Positions 11,401 through 24,049 of a DNA stretch of 64,000 nucleotides are shown here, in pieces. The notes under the pieces are model-generated. The model made no database searches, was not told the DNA's origin, and saw nothing but the letters and a program-made list of their open reading frames with translations. This stretch comes from Monocercomonoides exilis PA203. Its lineage: Eukaryota; Protista; Preaxostyla. The first letter of the stretch is position 1. Each line of letters begins with the position of its first letter. The position numbers and the translations under genes were made by a program. The DNA is taken from the NCBI GenBank assembly GCA_001643675.2, contig LSRY02000078.1:1-64000 (forward strand), read 5' to 3'.

Positions 11401-13049
11401 TCTCAGCTCCCCTTCTCCCCAACCCCAATCACACACCCGCTGCACTCGACCACGCTGCTGCTCCCAGTGCACTTTATCTGTGAAAACACTGTGCTCTCCA
11501 CTTTGCCAAGGGTTTCGAACTCGCACAGCCCCAGCCTCCAAGAGCCGATTGTTATCAGCCCGAAAATTATCATCTCCACTTTCCAAAGTCATCCTTGCAT
11601 CCTCAATCAGAATTGAAACTGAACCAAGCAAAGATATTGAAGTATTCAAAGGAACAAAGTCACATATCTGTCCAGCTTTCAAAGTGATTTGCGAAGAGGT
11701 AGAAATAGCACAGATAAGAAGATTCAGAAAAAAAGTTGAATGGAATGTTCGTCAAGCACTTTATGCAATACAAAAAAAGGATAGGTGATGAGAAAGATGA
11801 GGTCATAATAGTTGTGAGCTTTTAAAGGAACAAAAGCAGAAATTTTCGGATATCTTTTCATATTTTTAAACAATTTTTTCTCGTAATTTTCATAAAATAA
11901 CTTTTATCAATAAATTTTAAATGTGTTAAATTTTATTTGACAAATAAACCTTTATTCAAATTCTTCTCTTCATATTGAGAGATGTCACTTAATGTGACAT
12001 GTCACTTCTGTGATCAAAAATGATATTCACCCCACAAACTCCATTGCAAGCTGTGCTTTCATCTTCAACTGGAACTTGTGGGCAGATGAGTGTGCTAACG
12101 AGTTCCCTAGGAAGAAGTGCATAGATTCCAACAGTTTCTTCGAGTTTTTGCACAGGAAGGATCAGAACTACTCCCTTTCCCCAGCTTGACAGATGAATCA
12201 AATTCTCAAGCAATCGTTGTGTTATATAAATCCGTTTTTGATGCTGAGCAGACAATCTCTCTGTTTGATGTCAGAATTCCGAAGTCAATTGTGGAAGATA
12301 TTGCAACATGTTACAATGAACAGGATTTCAGCCCGGTATTACAAGCATCTCCTTTAGCAGATGTTTGAACTGAATATTTGTATAGAGATACATTGGATAA
12401 AGCCAGGGAACAAGATGAGAGATATCTGTTCCGTGCCTTCATAGCCATTTTATGATCGATTCAGAATATAATGAGGAAGGCCAATTCTGCTGAGGAAGTT
12501 GCAAGAGAAGCGTTGATTCTGGGAGCACAAGCAATGCAGGAGGCAAGAAGAGAACGAATTCATGGATAATTTGGTTTTTCAGCAGCAAGAAAAATGGAGG
12601 GCGAAGTCACTTGAGGACTGCTAACAAAGAGACATCGGGATATACTGGAAGAGACAAGAATGGTATTGAAACAAATTCAAAGAGTCGCATTTGAAAGAAA
12701 ATTGGAAAGAAAAACAGATAATTATCACAGTGCAACACATCGAGAGGAGCTGTCAAGAAGTTTCTGCGAAAGACAGTTTTTCGGAGGTGGCCCCGGACGT
12801 CAGGCAGTCAGTATTGCTTCAGTAACTCCCAGAGAAGAGCAGGAGAAACTTGGAAGATGGATGCTTCAAGACGTTCCGAGGGAGACATGAAATATTGATG
12901 GAAACCTAATAGAGGATTGGAAGCAGGACAGAGCAGTTTTGGAGGAATGGGACAAGATCAAAATAAGAAGCTTTAAAAGACTGCGTGCACATGATGCATG
13001 AACAAACAAAAAAACAAAGGAAGCACTGAGGAAGAAATCATGGGAGGAC

Positions 13050-14742
13050 GGAACAACGGATATGAGCATGGAACAACTATTGGATATCAGAAACGTGTTA
13101 AAAGAACAGCTGGAGACAATCATCGTCAGCGCAATACCTCCAGAACAGGTCATTTTTGTCAGAATGTTTTTCTTTTCATGAAGAAGTCATGCACATGGCG
13201 CCAAATCCTGGATTGCAGTTATTTGAATGCTGCAATGAAAAAGTGGCATTTCAAATGTTAAAACGAACGGAATGTGGAACGTTTGAAAGAAAAGAGGGAC
13301 TTTGCGTTAACGTTGGATCTTTCCCAGTCGTTTCACTAAAAACCAACATCCGAAGACCTGAAGCCGTTTCTTTCTTTTCAGTTCGAAGAACAAGACTATG
13401 TTTTCGAAGGAATTCCCTTCGGGTTAACAGACACACCTCGGTTTTTCACAAAGATAATGAGGAAAGTGACAGCAGCGATAAAGGAAAAATGGAAAGTCAG
13501 AGTGGATTCTCACTTGGACGATCTTATTCTGTTGCACCAAGACTGAAGCTTTCTGAAGAAAATTACAGAAGAAGTGACTCTGTTTTAAAATAGACTGGGA
13601 TTGCTCATCAACAAAGAGAAATGTCATCCGAAACCAACACAGAAGTTTGTGTTCTTGAGGTTCCTTTAGAACACAAAAAAATTTACAGTACAATTGATTG
13701 AGGAAAAGCGTTCTTCTCTCCAAGAGCTGCTGAGACGTTGGGAAAAAATATTCATAAAAGCCAAACAGATTCGTGTGAAAGACTGGGCGTCAGCTATTGG
13801 GAAGTATAACACAGCTCGTTTTATCATTCCAGACGCATCCCTCCATCTCGTAACTTTGCATCACTAACTCCAAAAGAGTGTCAGAGCGATCGGATGGAAG
13901 AAGATGATGAGGATGAATTCATCAGTCCTCAAGGAGATCAGAGAATGGAGGAGGATATTGAGATAAACCAGAAATCGGGAATTTGTTCTCGTTTTCATTC
14001 CTCAAGCTGTTCTGACAACAGATGCAGCCGAACGAGCATGGGGTGAAACTTTCAGAATGAACAACAATCTTTTGGACTGGCATGTCAGGTTCTCCAATTA
14101 TGACCATCGCCATTCGTCCAACTTCAGTGAACTGTCAGCTGTTTTGTTTCCCTTCTTCATTTTTCACAGACAATTTAGCACAACAAAATATCCCATCTGC
14201 AACTCCGATCAGACAACAGTTCAGTAGTTTTCAATGTGAATCGTTGTAACGCGAGTAAGAATCTTCGACCAGTTTTTCACAAGATAAGGAACTGGACAGA
14301 AGCGAGGAATTTGTGAATGAGAGCACAACATCTTCCAGGAAGGAAGAATCACATATCAGATTAACTATCTCGGCTGGAAAGGGAATGGAACAACGAGATC
14401 GGAGACAATTTACTCAGACAAATACTTGCTCGATGGAAAGTGAGACCGACTTTCGATGCTTTTGCTTTGACACATAATCACAAAGTGAAAAGATGGTGCG
14501 GTATGGGCAGTCCTATTGACAAAGACGGATTGACAGTTCCGTGGAGCTATGGGTTTGTTCTGGTCCATACTCCGATTCCTCTGATTCCGAAGGTCATACG
14601 AAAGGCTCAGATGGAGAAAGTTCAAGCGATCACACTCCTACCGAGCTGGAAGGTTCAGAATTGGGACATCCTTCTTCAAACGAGCAATTATTACAGCTTG
14701 GAATTGAATTACAGCTCCAAGATTCTTCGAGAGTGGACATAG
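13050..14742 (+). pseudogene. DIRS pol remnant: reverse transcriptase, RNase H and methyltransferase-like domain
   Basis: Motifs are in canonical DIRS order, interrupted by TAA/TGA stops and frameshifts. Confidence 0.88.
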
Positions 14743-14809
14743 ATGAAGAAAACGGGAGCCTGTTTCCATCCATGGAAAATGAAAGTGATCCTGCTGAATC
14801 CATTAAGGA

Positions 14810-15740
14810 GAGAGGAGAAGCCTGGTGGATGCACGCGCTTCATGAAAGAAATATCCCCTTGGAGCTCGCAGAGGAGTGCAAGGCTGGAATTGCAAGGACA
14901 ACATGGGATGGATATTTATTCTATTTTCCGCACTTTTCAGACCAATGGAAGAAGTGTGCCCATGGACATATTCCAGACAACTCACCGGACTGGACCGTCA
15001 AATGTGCGGATGTATTTTTAACGATGAAGAATAGAGGATTCAAGGTTTCAGTTATACAGATGGTGAGAGCCGCTGAATTTTTTTACTCAGTTCTTGTTTT
15101 TAAAACCGTTTGGGGAAGACATATGCAATCATTCGGATTCTGTTTCGTGTCTTTCGTTTAACAGACAAGTCGATGAAGAAACTTGCGCCTGACATTATGA
15201 ATCCGAATGTTTTGTTAAAATACTACACTGAGTTAGGCACTAACAATTTGTTATCTTTCAAAGAAGGAACAATGAAATTCATAACGTTGACAATGTTCTT
15301 CTCTGTTGCAGATTTTCAAAACTGGAGAGGATAAGCATGGAGGACTCTCGGGAAGAAGAAGAGCGTGTCTATTTGGATGCAGCATTAAAGACATTACAAA
15401 CACGATCAGAGATTGTAGTTCATTTTCTTCCGGAACTCCCATAAAAATGACCAGCTTCAACAATAAAAGAGTTGTATTTCCTGGTCAAACATAAGCAGAA
15501 CAGCAACAAACTTGCACAATTCCACATCGTTCTAACCTCTAACAGCATCCGGAATCCGTAAGCTGGCTTCGAAGGCAATGAAGCTTACAGGAGTTTTTCA
15601 GGGATTCAAGCCGTTCTCTTTTAAGGAAGCAACCTTGTCTCCATTAACAATAGCAAGAATCCTTCCTTCACAGTTTGCCAAGTACGCAAGGGTTTTACAG
15701 AATATAAATACTTTTGTTTAGCACTATTTCAGGATAAATT
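14810..15740 (+). pseudogene. DIRS tyrosine recombinase remnant
   Basis: Core-binding-like ARTTWDGYLFYFPHF, LLKYYTELGTNNLLS, Arg motif CRFSKLE after a frameshift, LTASGIRKLASKAMKLTG, C-terminal HY. Confidence 0.75.
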
Positions 15741-16719
15741 TTGTATCGTTAATAACACGAGTTATTGTTGGAACAATGAAAGAACAAAAGTTTACTGACG
15801 AGGAGAACGAAGAATGTCCAAAAGCAAGTGTTGAAGATGAAGCAAAAAGAGAACAAGCCAATGAAAGAACTCTTTCAGAAGAGGAATTAAAGAGTGAAGA
15901 AGTGGATGCTTCCATGGAGAAGTTAGTGGAAGAGGTGAAAACGAAGACTGTCAGGAGGAAAAGGACAAAAGGAAAGAAGTTGCAAACTCTAGGAGACGAT
16001 GATAGAACAAGAGATGAATTGAATGTTGAACAGAACAGACAAGAAGAAGAAAATGACATTTTCATTATTCGCACAAGGGCACAAGCCAAAAGAGAATCCA
16101 AGACATGTGATTTCCGCTCTTTCGATAGAAGTCCAAAGGGCAAAGCAACAACCACAAATTAAGTTTTTCTCTCAATGAGAAGAGAAGAAATTGAATGTTC
16201 GTTATTTTTTCTAATTAATAGACCTTATTTTGGTATCAAAGTGTTTTAAACATAAATTTACTAAACATCTTCGTCACATGCCTTCTGACGTGAACATTTT
16301 TGAGTGAAGTGACGTGACGGAATAAATTACTTCACTCATATTAAAAGTATTATTTTTTGACAAAAAAGTCAACACAGGCAATTATTAAATTTTATTTACA
16401 ATTAATTTTTGATAACTTTGGAATTTATTATTATTATAATCGATTTTTCAACTGTTCATTTTCAATTTTTTCATGAACATTGGGTTGAGTCGTGATCTTT
16501 TTTGCGGTGTAAATACCGCGGCACTTTCGTTACTACCGGTCACTGTCGGAATTTAAGTCAAGAAAGCATTTGGAAATTATTATTTATTTGTTTATCATGG
16601 ATGCCTCACATGTGTTTGCCTTTTCATTGGATACAACGGGAAATCGTTTTGAGGATTGTTTTTAAATTTTTATATTTTAAACAACAGTATTTTATTGATT
16701 TTAATCAAAATAGTGTGAG

Positions 16720-17440
16720 CAATAATAAGAAACTGTGGAGATGTTAAACATACACAAGTGAAAGATGATCAAACTCGAAAAAGAAGAATACGGTGAATAC
16801 ACAAACTGTATTATTTAATTTATTTTTTCTTGAAATTTATCTATTTGAAATGCAATATTTTATCACATGTTATTTTCATCCAAAGCAGAAAGAATTGGTT
16901 ATTTCCAAATCAACTCTTGACGTCGTTAATCGTATATTGTTTATTGCATTTGCTCCTTTGTTTAATGGTAGAACTTCGAAAAAGGATTTGAACAGACTTT
17001 TGATGTGTCCATGTCAAAAGATTGTGTTGTTTGTGGATTGATGTATTGTAAGGACTACTCTTTGATTTTTAATCACGAATGTGATCTAATTTTGAATAAT
17101 CAGATCTCATTGTTATTTTCATAGAAGTCAAATTATTTAATACGTTCGGTTAATTCGAAGCCAAGTTATAGCTCTTCTGTTTCAACATTGACAGAAGAAC
17201 TTGCTCTTTCTTTTAACAACATTGTTGCTCATAGGAATATCACTTTTCTTTCTGTTGAAATAAATTGCACAAAAGCTCTGAATATTGAGTTCTCAAACTC
17301 AAAACTTCAAAATTCATATGATCACATATCAACTCTTGATTCGAATCCTCAAGAGAAAACAAAAGAATTTGAAGAACAATACGAAATCGATTATTTTGAT
17401 GAACTATGTTTGTTTGGATTGATTCTAGCAGAAGAATAAG
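16720..17440 (+). pseudogene. Possible Mutator (MULE) transposase remnant
   Basis: KKLWRC*TYTSER* resembles a FLYWCH-type finger. ITFLSVEINCTKALNIEFSNSKLQNSYDHI loosely matches the MULE 'D.E..L..A....F......C..H' block. Heavily decayed; mirrored at ~55525-56245. Confidence 0.25.
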
Positions 17441-18289
17441 AAAAGGATGACGAATTTCAACATGAAAGCAATCAAGCGGATCTTGTCAATTGCAACTTGA
17501 CAAGAAAAACTGCTCAGTGTGATGAAGTGTTGGATAGTTTGTTAATAGACATTACCAAAAAAAACACAATCTGAAGAAGATAATTCAAGAAATGCAAAAG
17601 AATCAGCGAACAATGAAGAAGACAATGAAAGTGAAAGCGAAAGCGATAGTGATGTGGATTTCATTTGCAATGATACTCGATTCAGAAGAATTGAAGTGTG
17701 CAATATTTATTTGATAAATAAAACATCGAAAACACTTTGGGATAACACATTTTTGATTGGTGTGGAGAGATTGTGGCAAGTTTTTGAGTTTTATTTGATC
17801 ACATGATGTTCGAAAGGCACAATAGAATTAAGTCTCAATGCATGAAGTTTTTTCAAGAATTATCACTTATAAAAGAGAAAGATGAAGTCATTGAATAAAA
17901 TGGTTACAATTTTTATTAAGATTAAAGTAATAACAGAGAAACATATTCAATATTTCCTAACATTGTTTTCAGCATAACAATATCTCCTTGCTGTGAATCA
18001 TAATATGAGAGAATATTTTCAAATTGCTGTGTAATAATTGGAGATCATCACCACAATATTTCAGACAGAACACTCAATGCTCTTCTTCGTCTTTAATATC
18101 TCATGGAAATAAATTTTTTCAGTTTTGAATCTGTTGAATCGATCATTTTGTTTGTCACTTATTTATTTTCTTTCCTTTATCTCTCGACCTTAATAAAAAG
18201 CTGAAATATAGAACAAATTATAAATGTTTTTTGTATTGACAGAAAATTGAAGTTAATTAACTGAATATTGAATGAGCTGAAGCAAAAAG

Positions 18290-18913
18290 AAAAGGCGAAA
18301 TATGTGATTTGAGGAGAATAGTATCGAACCTACATGGAGATGGAGCAGAGAATGCGTTTTTGGTGGGAGGCGGGGCGCTGGATGTGGAGGACAGTTGTAT
18401 AGTGTTTAATTGTTTGGAGGCAGAGGTGGAAACAGAGTCATGCGATGAAGAAGAGTTTTAACTTTTGCATGCCACAGGCTTGGAGCTGCTGGTTAGTAAT
18501 ACTTACGTCGTGCTGCAGAATGAAGCGAATATGCTTTCTGAGACAGTGAATAAGGTGGTTCAAATGACATGCAAGTTTGTGAGAGTGAATCCATTGAATA
18601 TTGGAGAGCCTGAAAGCAGGGGAGGCGGAGCTATGGCAGCGGATCTTTGAGCTGCGAAGTGACTGAAGTTGAACAGCTAAGCAGTATCAGGATGAACAAC
18701 TTCAGTGTGCTTGCGCTCGGAGTTTTGTGGGTGATGAGAGTTTATGTATGTGGGGAGAGCTCGGGGAGCACGGAAGTGGAGGTGAAGCTGTTGGGGTTCA
18801 GCAAGAACGAGACGCGGTGGTGGAAGAATACGTATGTGCGGGAAGTAAGTCTGGGGGCAGTGGCGAAAAAGGAGCGGATGCTGTTTGGGTGGGAGATGTG
18901 GATGGGAGATTAG
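18290..18913 (+). pseudogene. Fragment resembling the same surface/beta-helix-like family (GGGALDVEDSCIVF, GGGAMAADL)
   Basis: GGA-hydrophobic motifs with stops and frameshifts; mirrored at ~54049-54670 (-). Confidence 0.3.
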
Positions 18914-19182
18914 GATTCTGTGGAAGAAGAAGAAGAAGTACTTGCTGTTGATAAAGATTTTTTGAGCAAAGGGACCGAAGATGATCTGGCTCTGCCTTTT
19001 GATTGGAACAACTGAGCTGAGAGTCTTCAACGTCAGCTGCTGAACGGATGATGGAATGCTTTGTTATGCATTGTGTTTTTGGGATTCTCTTCAAATGATC
19101 ATATGAATCTGTGTTTAAAGAATAAGCCTAAGAACTTGATGAAGACAAAAAGGTTTGCATCTGAAGAAGATAACTGGAATTT

Positions 19183-20620
19183 TTAGAGGAATATCGAATA
19201 ACATATGATTTGTGTGGCACACTGCACATGCTTCCCATCCATCAATTCCATCACGCGCGACAGAAACGGGTCAAACGGAAGAACAGTCGCACATAGAAGC
19301 TGAATCTTGCAGCTGGTCACTTCTCTCGCAAACATTGAGGAGGTGAACGACTCTTCCGTCTTCTTCAGAGAGAACATCGTTGACTGTGCGCGATTCTGTG
19401 TCTGTGATTGTGAATTAGATTGTGATTGCGAATGAGAATGTGCCTGTCCCTCTGCTTTGCCTGGTGAAACAAACAATCTTCCTGTGCTAGCTTTTGTCAG
19501 CATTGCCAAGTGCTTCGAGGAAGCAGAAGATGGCAGAAGACAATCGAGTCTGGCTGTGTTTCCATCTTCATCTGCAAAAAGAGGATAATCGGTGATTCTA
19601 TTGTTTCTATCACTTCTGCTTCTTCCATTGCTGCTGCTGTTGTTGTCTTCACCAAGCAGAGAAAGCGAAGAAAGAGCAGCCTTCATAGACCAGAGAAGCG
19701 ATGTCACTCCTCTCAACATTTTCACATCATTTGATGGGAGACACGGATAAAGCAAGGCAGCCGTGGTACGCGACGACTGCAGAACAAGAGGCCTTTCACG
19801 GAGTACTGAACGGCTTTTGGATGAGGATGAGGATAAAGAAGAATGCGACATTGAAAGAAAATGTGAAGCAGCACACTATTCTGTTAAAGAAGAAGAAGAA
19901 GAAAGTGAAGCGAATGCATTTGATATGCTTCTGATAGATGCTGGCTGTGTTGATAGATGTGAAGGCGGTTTTTGAGTGTTGGTGAAATGAATTGACTCAG
20001 AAAAGGAATTTTCAATGAAAAATTTCATTTCCTTTTTATTCTCATTCTTTCTACCTTCTCCTTCCTCTTTTTTCTTCTTCCCAGATCTATTCTCACTCTC
20101 TCTATTTCTATTCTCTTCCTCTTCTCCCTCTTCTCCCTCTTCTGCTTCTTCTGCTTCTTCTCCAAATCTGCTATTTTCTCTGTTTTCCATTTCACTAAGC
20201 AAAATCAAGTCATCTTTATTTTCTTTTTCCTCTTCCTCATCATCATAATATCCTTCTCCTCTTCTTTCTTCATCAAAATTCAAATTTCTTTCTCAATCTC
20301 CATTCCCAAGCTCCATTTCTCCTCCTCCTCCTCCTCCTCCTCCACTTCTTCTTCTTCTTCCTCTTCTTCCTCCTTCTTCACTCATCCTCTTCTCTTCCTT
20401 CCTATTCTTCCCCTTCTTCCCCTTCTTCCCCTTCCCTTTCTATTTCCCTCTCTCCTCTTTCCTCTGCCCATGGTCTGTCCGTGAAGGCGCTGAAGGAACA
20501 AAATCACGCTGCGGAAGAGGAGGCGGAGGAGGAACGTAATTCACACCAGAAACAGGAGCAGTGGTGTCGTTGGAGAGGTGGAGAGGGCTGAGTGCAGTAG
20601 GGATGCGCTGAGTGTAGCTG
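19183..20620 (-). pseudogene. Exon-like fragment of an unknown low-complexity (Pro/Glu/Ser-rich) protein
   Basis: A long polypyrimidine tract ends in CAG, followed by YTQRIPTALSPLHLSND..., a Glu-rich segment and the 222-aa ORF 19183-19851. Frames are broken. Confidence 0.35.
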
Positions 20621-22039
20621 GGGATGAGGAGAAGGAGAAGGAGGAGAAGGAGAAGGTGAGGAGAGGAGGAGAAGGTGAGGAGAGGAGGAGAAGAGGAAGA
20701 GGAAAAGGAAAAGGAGATGAAAAAGATAGAGAAGAGAAGAGAAGAAGAGAGAAGAGAGAAGATGAGAAGATGAGAAGATGAGAAGAGAAATAGAAATATT
20801 GAAGAAAATACTATAATAGAGGAGAGAAATCAACAGAACATTGTGAAGGAAAGCGTTATGCATTGAAACTTTCATTAATAAATAAACTCACACACACGTT
20901 TTTTTGAAGCAACACAAATACGAAGAAATGGAAATAAATTGGTCAAAGAGAGAAAGAAAAAAAAGAATTATATATAATTACATATAAACAAAGAGAAAGA
21001 GAAAGAGAAAGAGAGAAGGAGAAAATAAATATGACATGGATTAGTTAAAAAAAGAAATAGAGAAAGACGATTAATTTGACACAAACGTGTTGCTGTTGCT
21101 TTCTCGAAAGCAGTCTTTGTTGAGCAGCCGATACACTTTGCTCCATACTCAATGGCTCTGCTATCAGCTCTTCTATTTCCTTTGATAAACTGGATGCAAC
21201 TTCTTCTAAATGCTGAAGGAGAAAGAAGAAGAAGAAGAAGAAGAAGAAAAAGAAGAAGAGGAAGAAGAAGAAGAAGAGGAAGAAGAAGAAAAAGAAGAAG
21301 AAGAAGAGAAAGAAAAGACTGCAAAAGATGAAGATAAAGATAAAGATAAATTCAAATTAAAAAAGGGATGAAGAAAATCAAAAATGTCATGCGAATAGCT
21401 GTGACGTTCACTAACTTTTTATTTGTTCAAAGAAAAAACTATCACAAAGGAGAAGGGTAACGGAAAAATGAAAAAAAAAAACAAATAAAAAACTTAATAG
21501 ACTTAAATTGAAATGAACTTTTAATTCAGATCAGATTGTTTTTAAACATTTTCATAAAAGAATTTTTTTATTCATATTCATTGAAATTAATTCTCTCAAG
21601 TCAATTTATTTCCGAACAACATATCAAACAAATATTTATTTGTGAAAATAAACAATCGTAAAATAAAAAGGAAAGAATTTTCTTTAACGAATTGCAAAAA
21701 TGCAAAATAAAAATTTAGATAATTTTTGACGATCAGAAATAACTTGTTAAACATGAAAAATCACTTAGATTTTAAGCCTTTGAAAAATGATTAATTATAA
21801 AAATGTGAAAATGAAAACATAACTTCAAAAACATTGATAAACGAATTGAAGAATATTGATATTCATTTGCATTGAATTATATGGCTTCTGTCAAAGCGTT
21901 AATAGAAATTTAATAAAATAAGATTAAATTAAGGTTTGTTTGAAGAAAATCAATCTTTCTGAACAATCAAATATGTTTCAAATATTAGGTGATTATTTGT
22001 GTTCAATAAATAATTAATATCAATAAGTTTGTTTTTGTC

Positions 22040-22065
22040 AAAAAAAAAAAAAAAAAAAAAAAAAA
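22040..22065 (+). repeat. Poly(A) run (~26 nt); mirrored as poly(T) at ~50910-50933
   Basis: Direct reading. Confidence 0.95.
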
Positions 22066-22647
22066 CGGTGTCGGGCACTAACTGATGCGAGCCCACTTTT
22101 TAAAAGGTGACTCAGATGTTTAAAATTTACAATCAACAATTATATATATGGGTCATTCTTTTGAAAAGTCACCACAGATCAATAATTTGACCCATGAAAG
22201 TTTAACAATAAACTTTCCTTCACAATTATACTGGGGAAAAATAAAAATTTCACAATAATGTGTGCTAGTTCGAAACAAACATCTTTACAAGAAAAAACGA
22301 TTTGGATCAAAAAACAATATATTCAATATTTTGAAAATAGTGAAAATATCAGTTTTTCAATGTGAAAAGGGTTTTATTGCTTGAACTATTTAGCAATTGT
22401 TGATCCATAAATGTTCAAGGGTTTTACCGATTTAATTTCATCAAAAAATTGAGATTCGTTGATAAATAAAATTCTTATTTGATTGAAATTTTTCATTGCA
22501 CAGAATGTGCCTGGAATTTTAATAGATGCATAGTTTTCTTCCACAAGTTTGATAAAGATGAAAAACATACATATCAAAATGTTTTCATTCAGCTTTTATT
22601 TGAATGTTTTATTTATTAATTCAAATAAAATTATTCATTTTTTTAGC

Positions 22648-23530
22648 TTGGCAAATTCGCAGTACTAACAGAGAACATGACAAGAAAGAAATGGTAATCT
22701 GGGGAGTCACAACAGAATTGTTTGTTGGGGAAGAAGAACTTCTGCTGAGGGTTATGAGATACCAGAACGAGACGATATTTGTGTCTTCTGTTTCTGAAAA
22801 TCACACAGACAGCAAGCAATGTGGAGAATTCAATGCGCCATGCCACTCATTGAATGTGGGAGTTTAGCACATCATTCCATCACGTTATTCGCAACTGCTG
22901 ATATCAGAGGAGACGATCATCAATAGGGAATGTGATGTACATGATGTGATCATCCGCTCACTAGAATCTCCCTCAGTTGCTTTGGTTCATCTGAACTCCA
23001 CAATAACCAACGAGGGAAGTCTTATCACAACCTCAGAGAAAGTTCGTATCGAAAGTGTTAAGTTTTCCTTTGGCAAATTGTTTTCTTATTCTGGAAGTTC
23101 TATCATTCATGAAGCAAATGGACAGCTTTCTCTTTCAATTGTTGATTTCTCTTTAGTTGTGGAGTCAAACAGCATTCCATCTGTTACTCTCAATTCAACA
23201 TTATTGAGCATCGAAAATGGAATTATGCATGTTAACAACTGCTCAATATCAATGATTTCATTCAAGAAACCTTCATTTCTGCTAAATGGAGATGAGATTA
23301 ACATCACAAATTTCAAACTGGAACAGATTGAATCAACGTCAAATGTATTTGAGATTGGTCATTGCAAAGAAGTTGCATTTAATTGTGTTGTGGCTGATGA
23401 AGTGAAGCTGTCTGATTGCTGTATCATTTCCATGAACGAAAAAACTTCAGGAGCAACCTCTTTTGTTAATTCATCATTCAACAACTGTTCGAGGAATTCG
23501 TAAGGAGCTTCTTTTCTAATATTGTCTTTT
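22648..23530 (+). pseudogene. Truncated member of the protist surface/pectin-lyase-fold-like family
   Basis: One frame runs RYQNETIFVSS...DSKQCGEFNAPCHSLNVGV*HIIPS...SFNNCSRNS*GASFL, with in-frame TAG (22865) and TAA (23501). It is preceded by an acceptor-like TTTTTTAG and ends in a CT-rich repeat. Confidence 0.65.
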
Positions 23531-23703
23531 CCTCCTATTCTTCCTCTTCCTCTTCCTCTTCTTCTTCCTCTTCCTCCTCTTCCATTTCTTCCTCTTCCTC
23601 CTCTTCTTCTTACTCTTCTCCTTCTCCTCTTTCTTCTCCTTCTGATTCATTATGCATTCCAATTTTAGACCTTTTCATATCTATTTGTTCAAAACAACAT
23701 TTC

Positions 23704-23865
23704 CTTCTTCTTCTTCTTCTTCTTCACCTTCTTCACCTTCTTCACCTTCTTCACCTTCTTCACCTTCTTCTTCACCTTCTTCACCTTCTTCACCTTCTTC
23801 ACCTTCTTCACCTTCTTCACCTTCTTCACCTTCTTCACCTTCTTCACCTTCTTCACCTTCTTCAC
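23704..23865. repeat. (TTC)n merging into a 9-bp (TTCTTCACC)n minisatellite; mirrored at ~49108-49270
   Basis: Direct reading; produces the SSP and KKV ORF artefacts. Confidence 0.95.
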
Positions 23866-24049
23866 TATTATTTGCTCAGAAATAAGCAAAAAGAAAACAA
23901 AACATTTTCAATGTTGACTACATATTTGTTAATTTCAAAGAATTTTTTGAAAGAAATTTGTTGTAAAAAGAAACAGGAAATGGTTGGAAAATGAGGTTAG
24001 TAGATAAAGCAAAATCAAATTTTGAAGAAAAATTGAGAATACAAAAATC

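Larger units (their letters stand above)
11980..16340 (+). mobile_element. Degenerate DIRS1-like tyrosine-recombinase retrotransposon (gag-like, RT, RNase H, N6-adenine MTase-like, YR); boundaries approximate
   Basis: RT: WRQILDCSYLN (13196), TLDLSQSFH, GIPFGLTDTPRFFTKIM, HLDD (13511), GLLINKEK. RNase H: LTTDAAERAWG (~14015), SSNFSELSAV, RSDNSSVV (~14209), HLPGRKNHISD*LSR. MTase-like: FDAFA, VHTPIPLIPKVIRK, LPSW. YR in an overlapping frame: ARTTWDGY, CRFSKL, KPFSFKEAT, HY (15722-15727). Many stops and frameshifts. Confidence 0.9.

Noticed and set aside
23652-23889. SSP/KKV repeat ORFs, and SIYL ORFs at 28811-29013 and 43929-44161, as proteins
   Set aside because: Translations of mini- and microsatellites.
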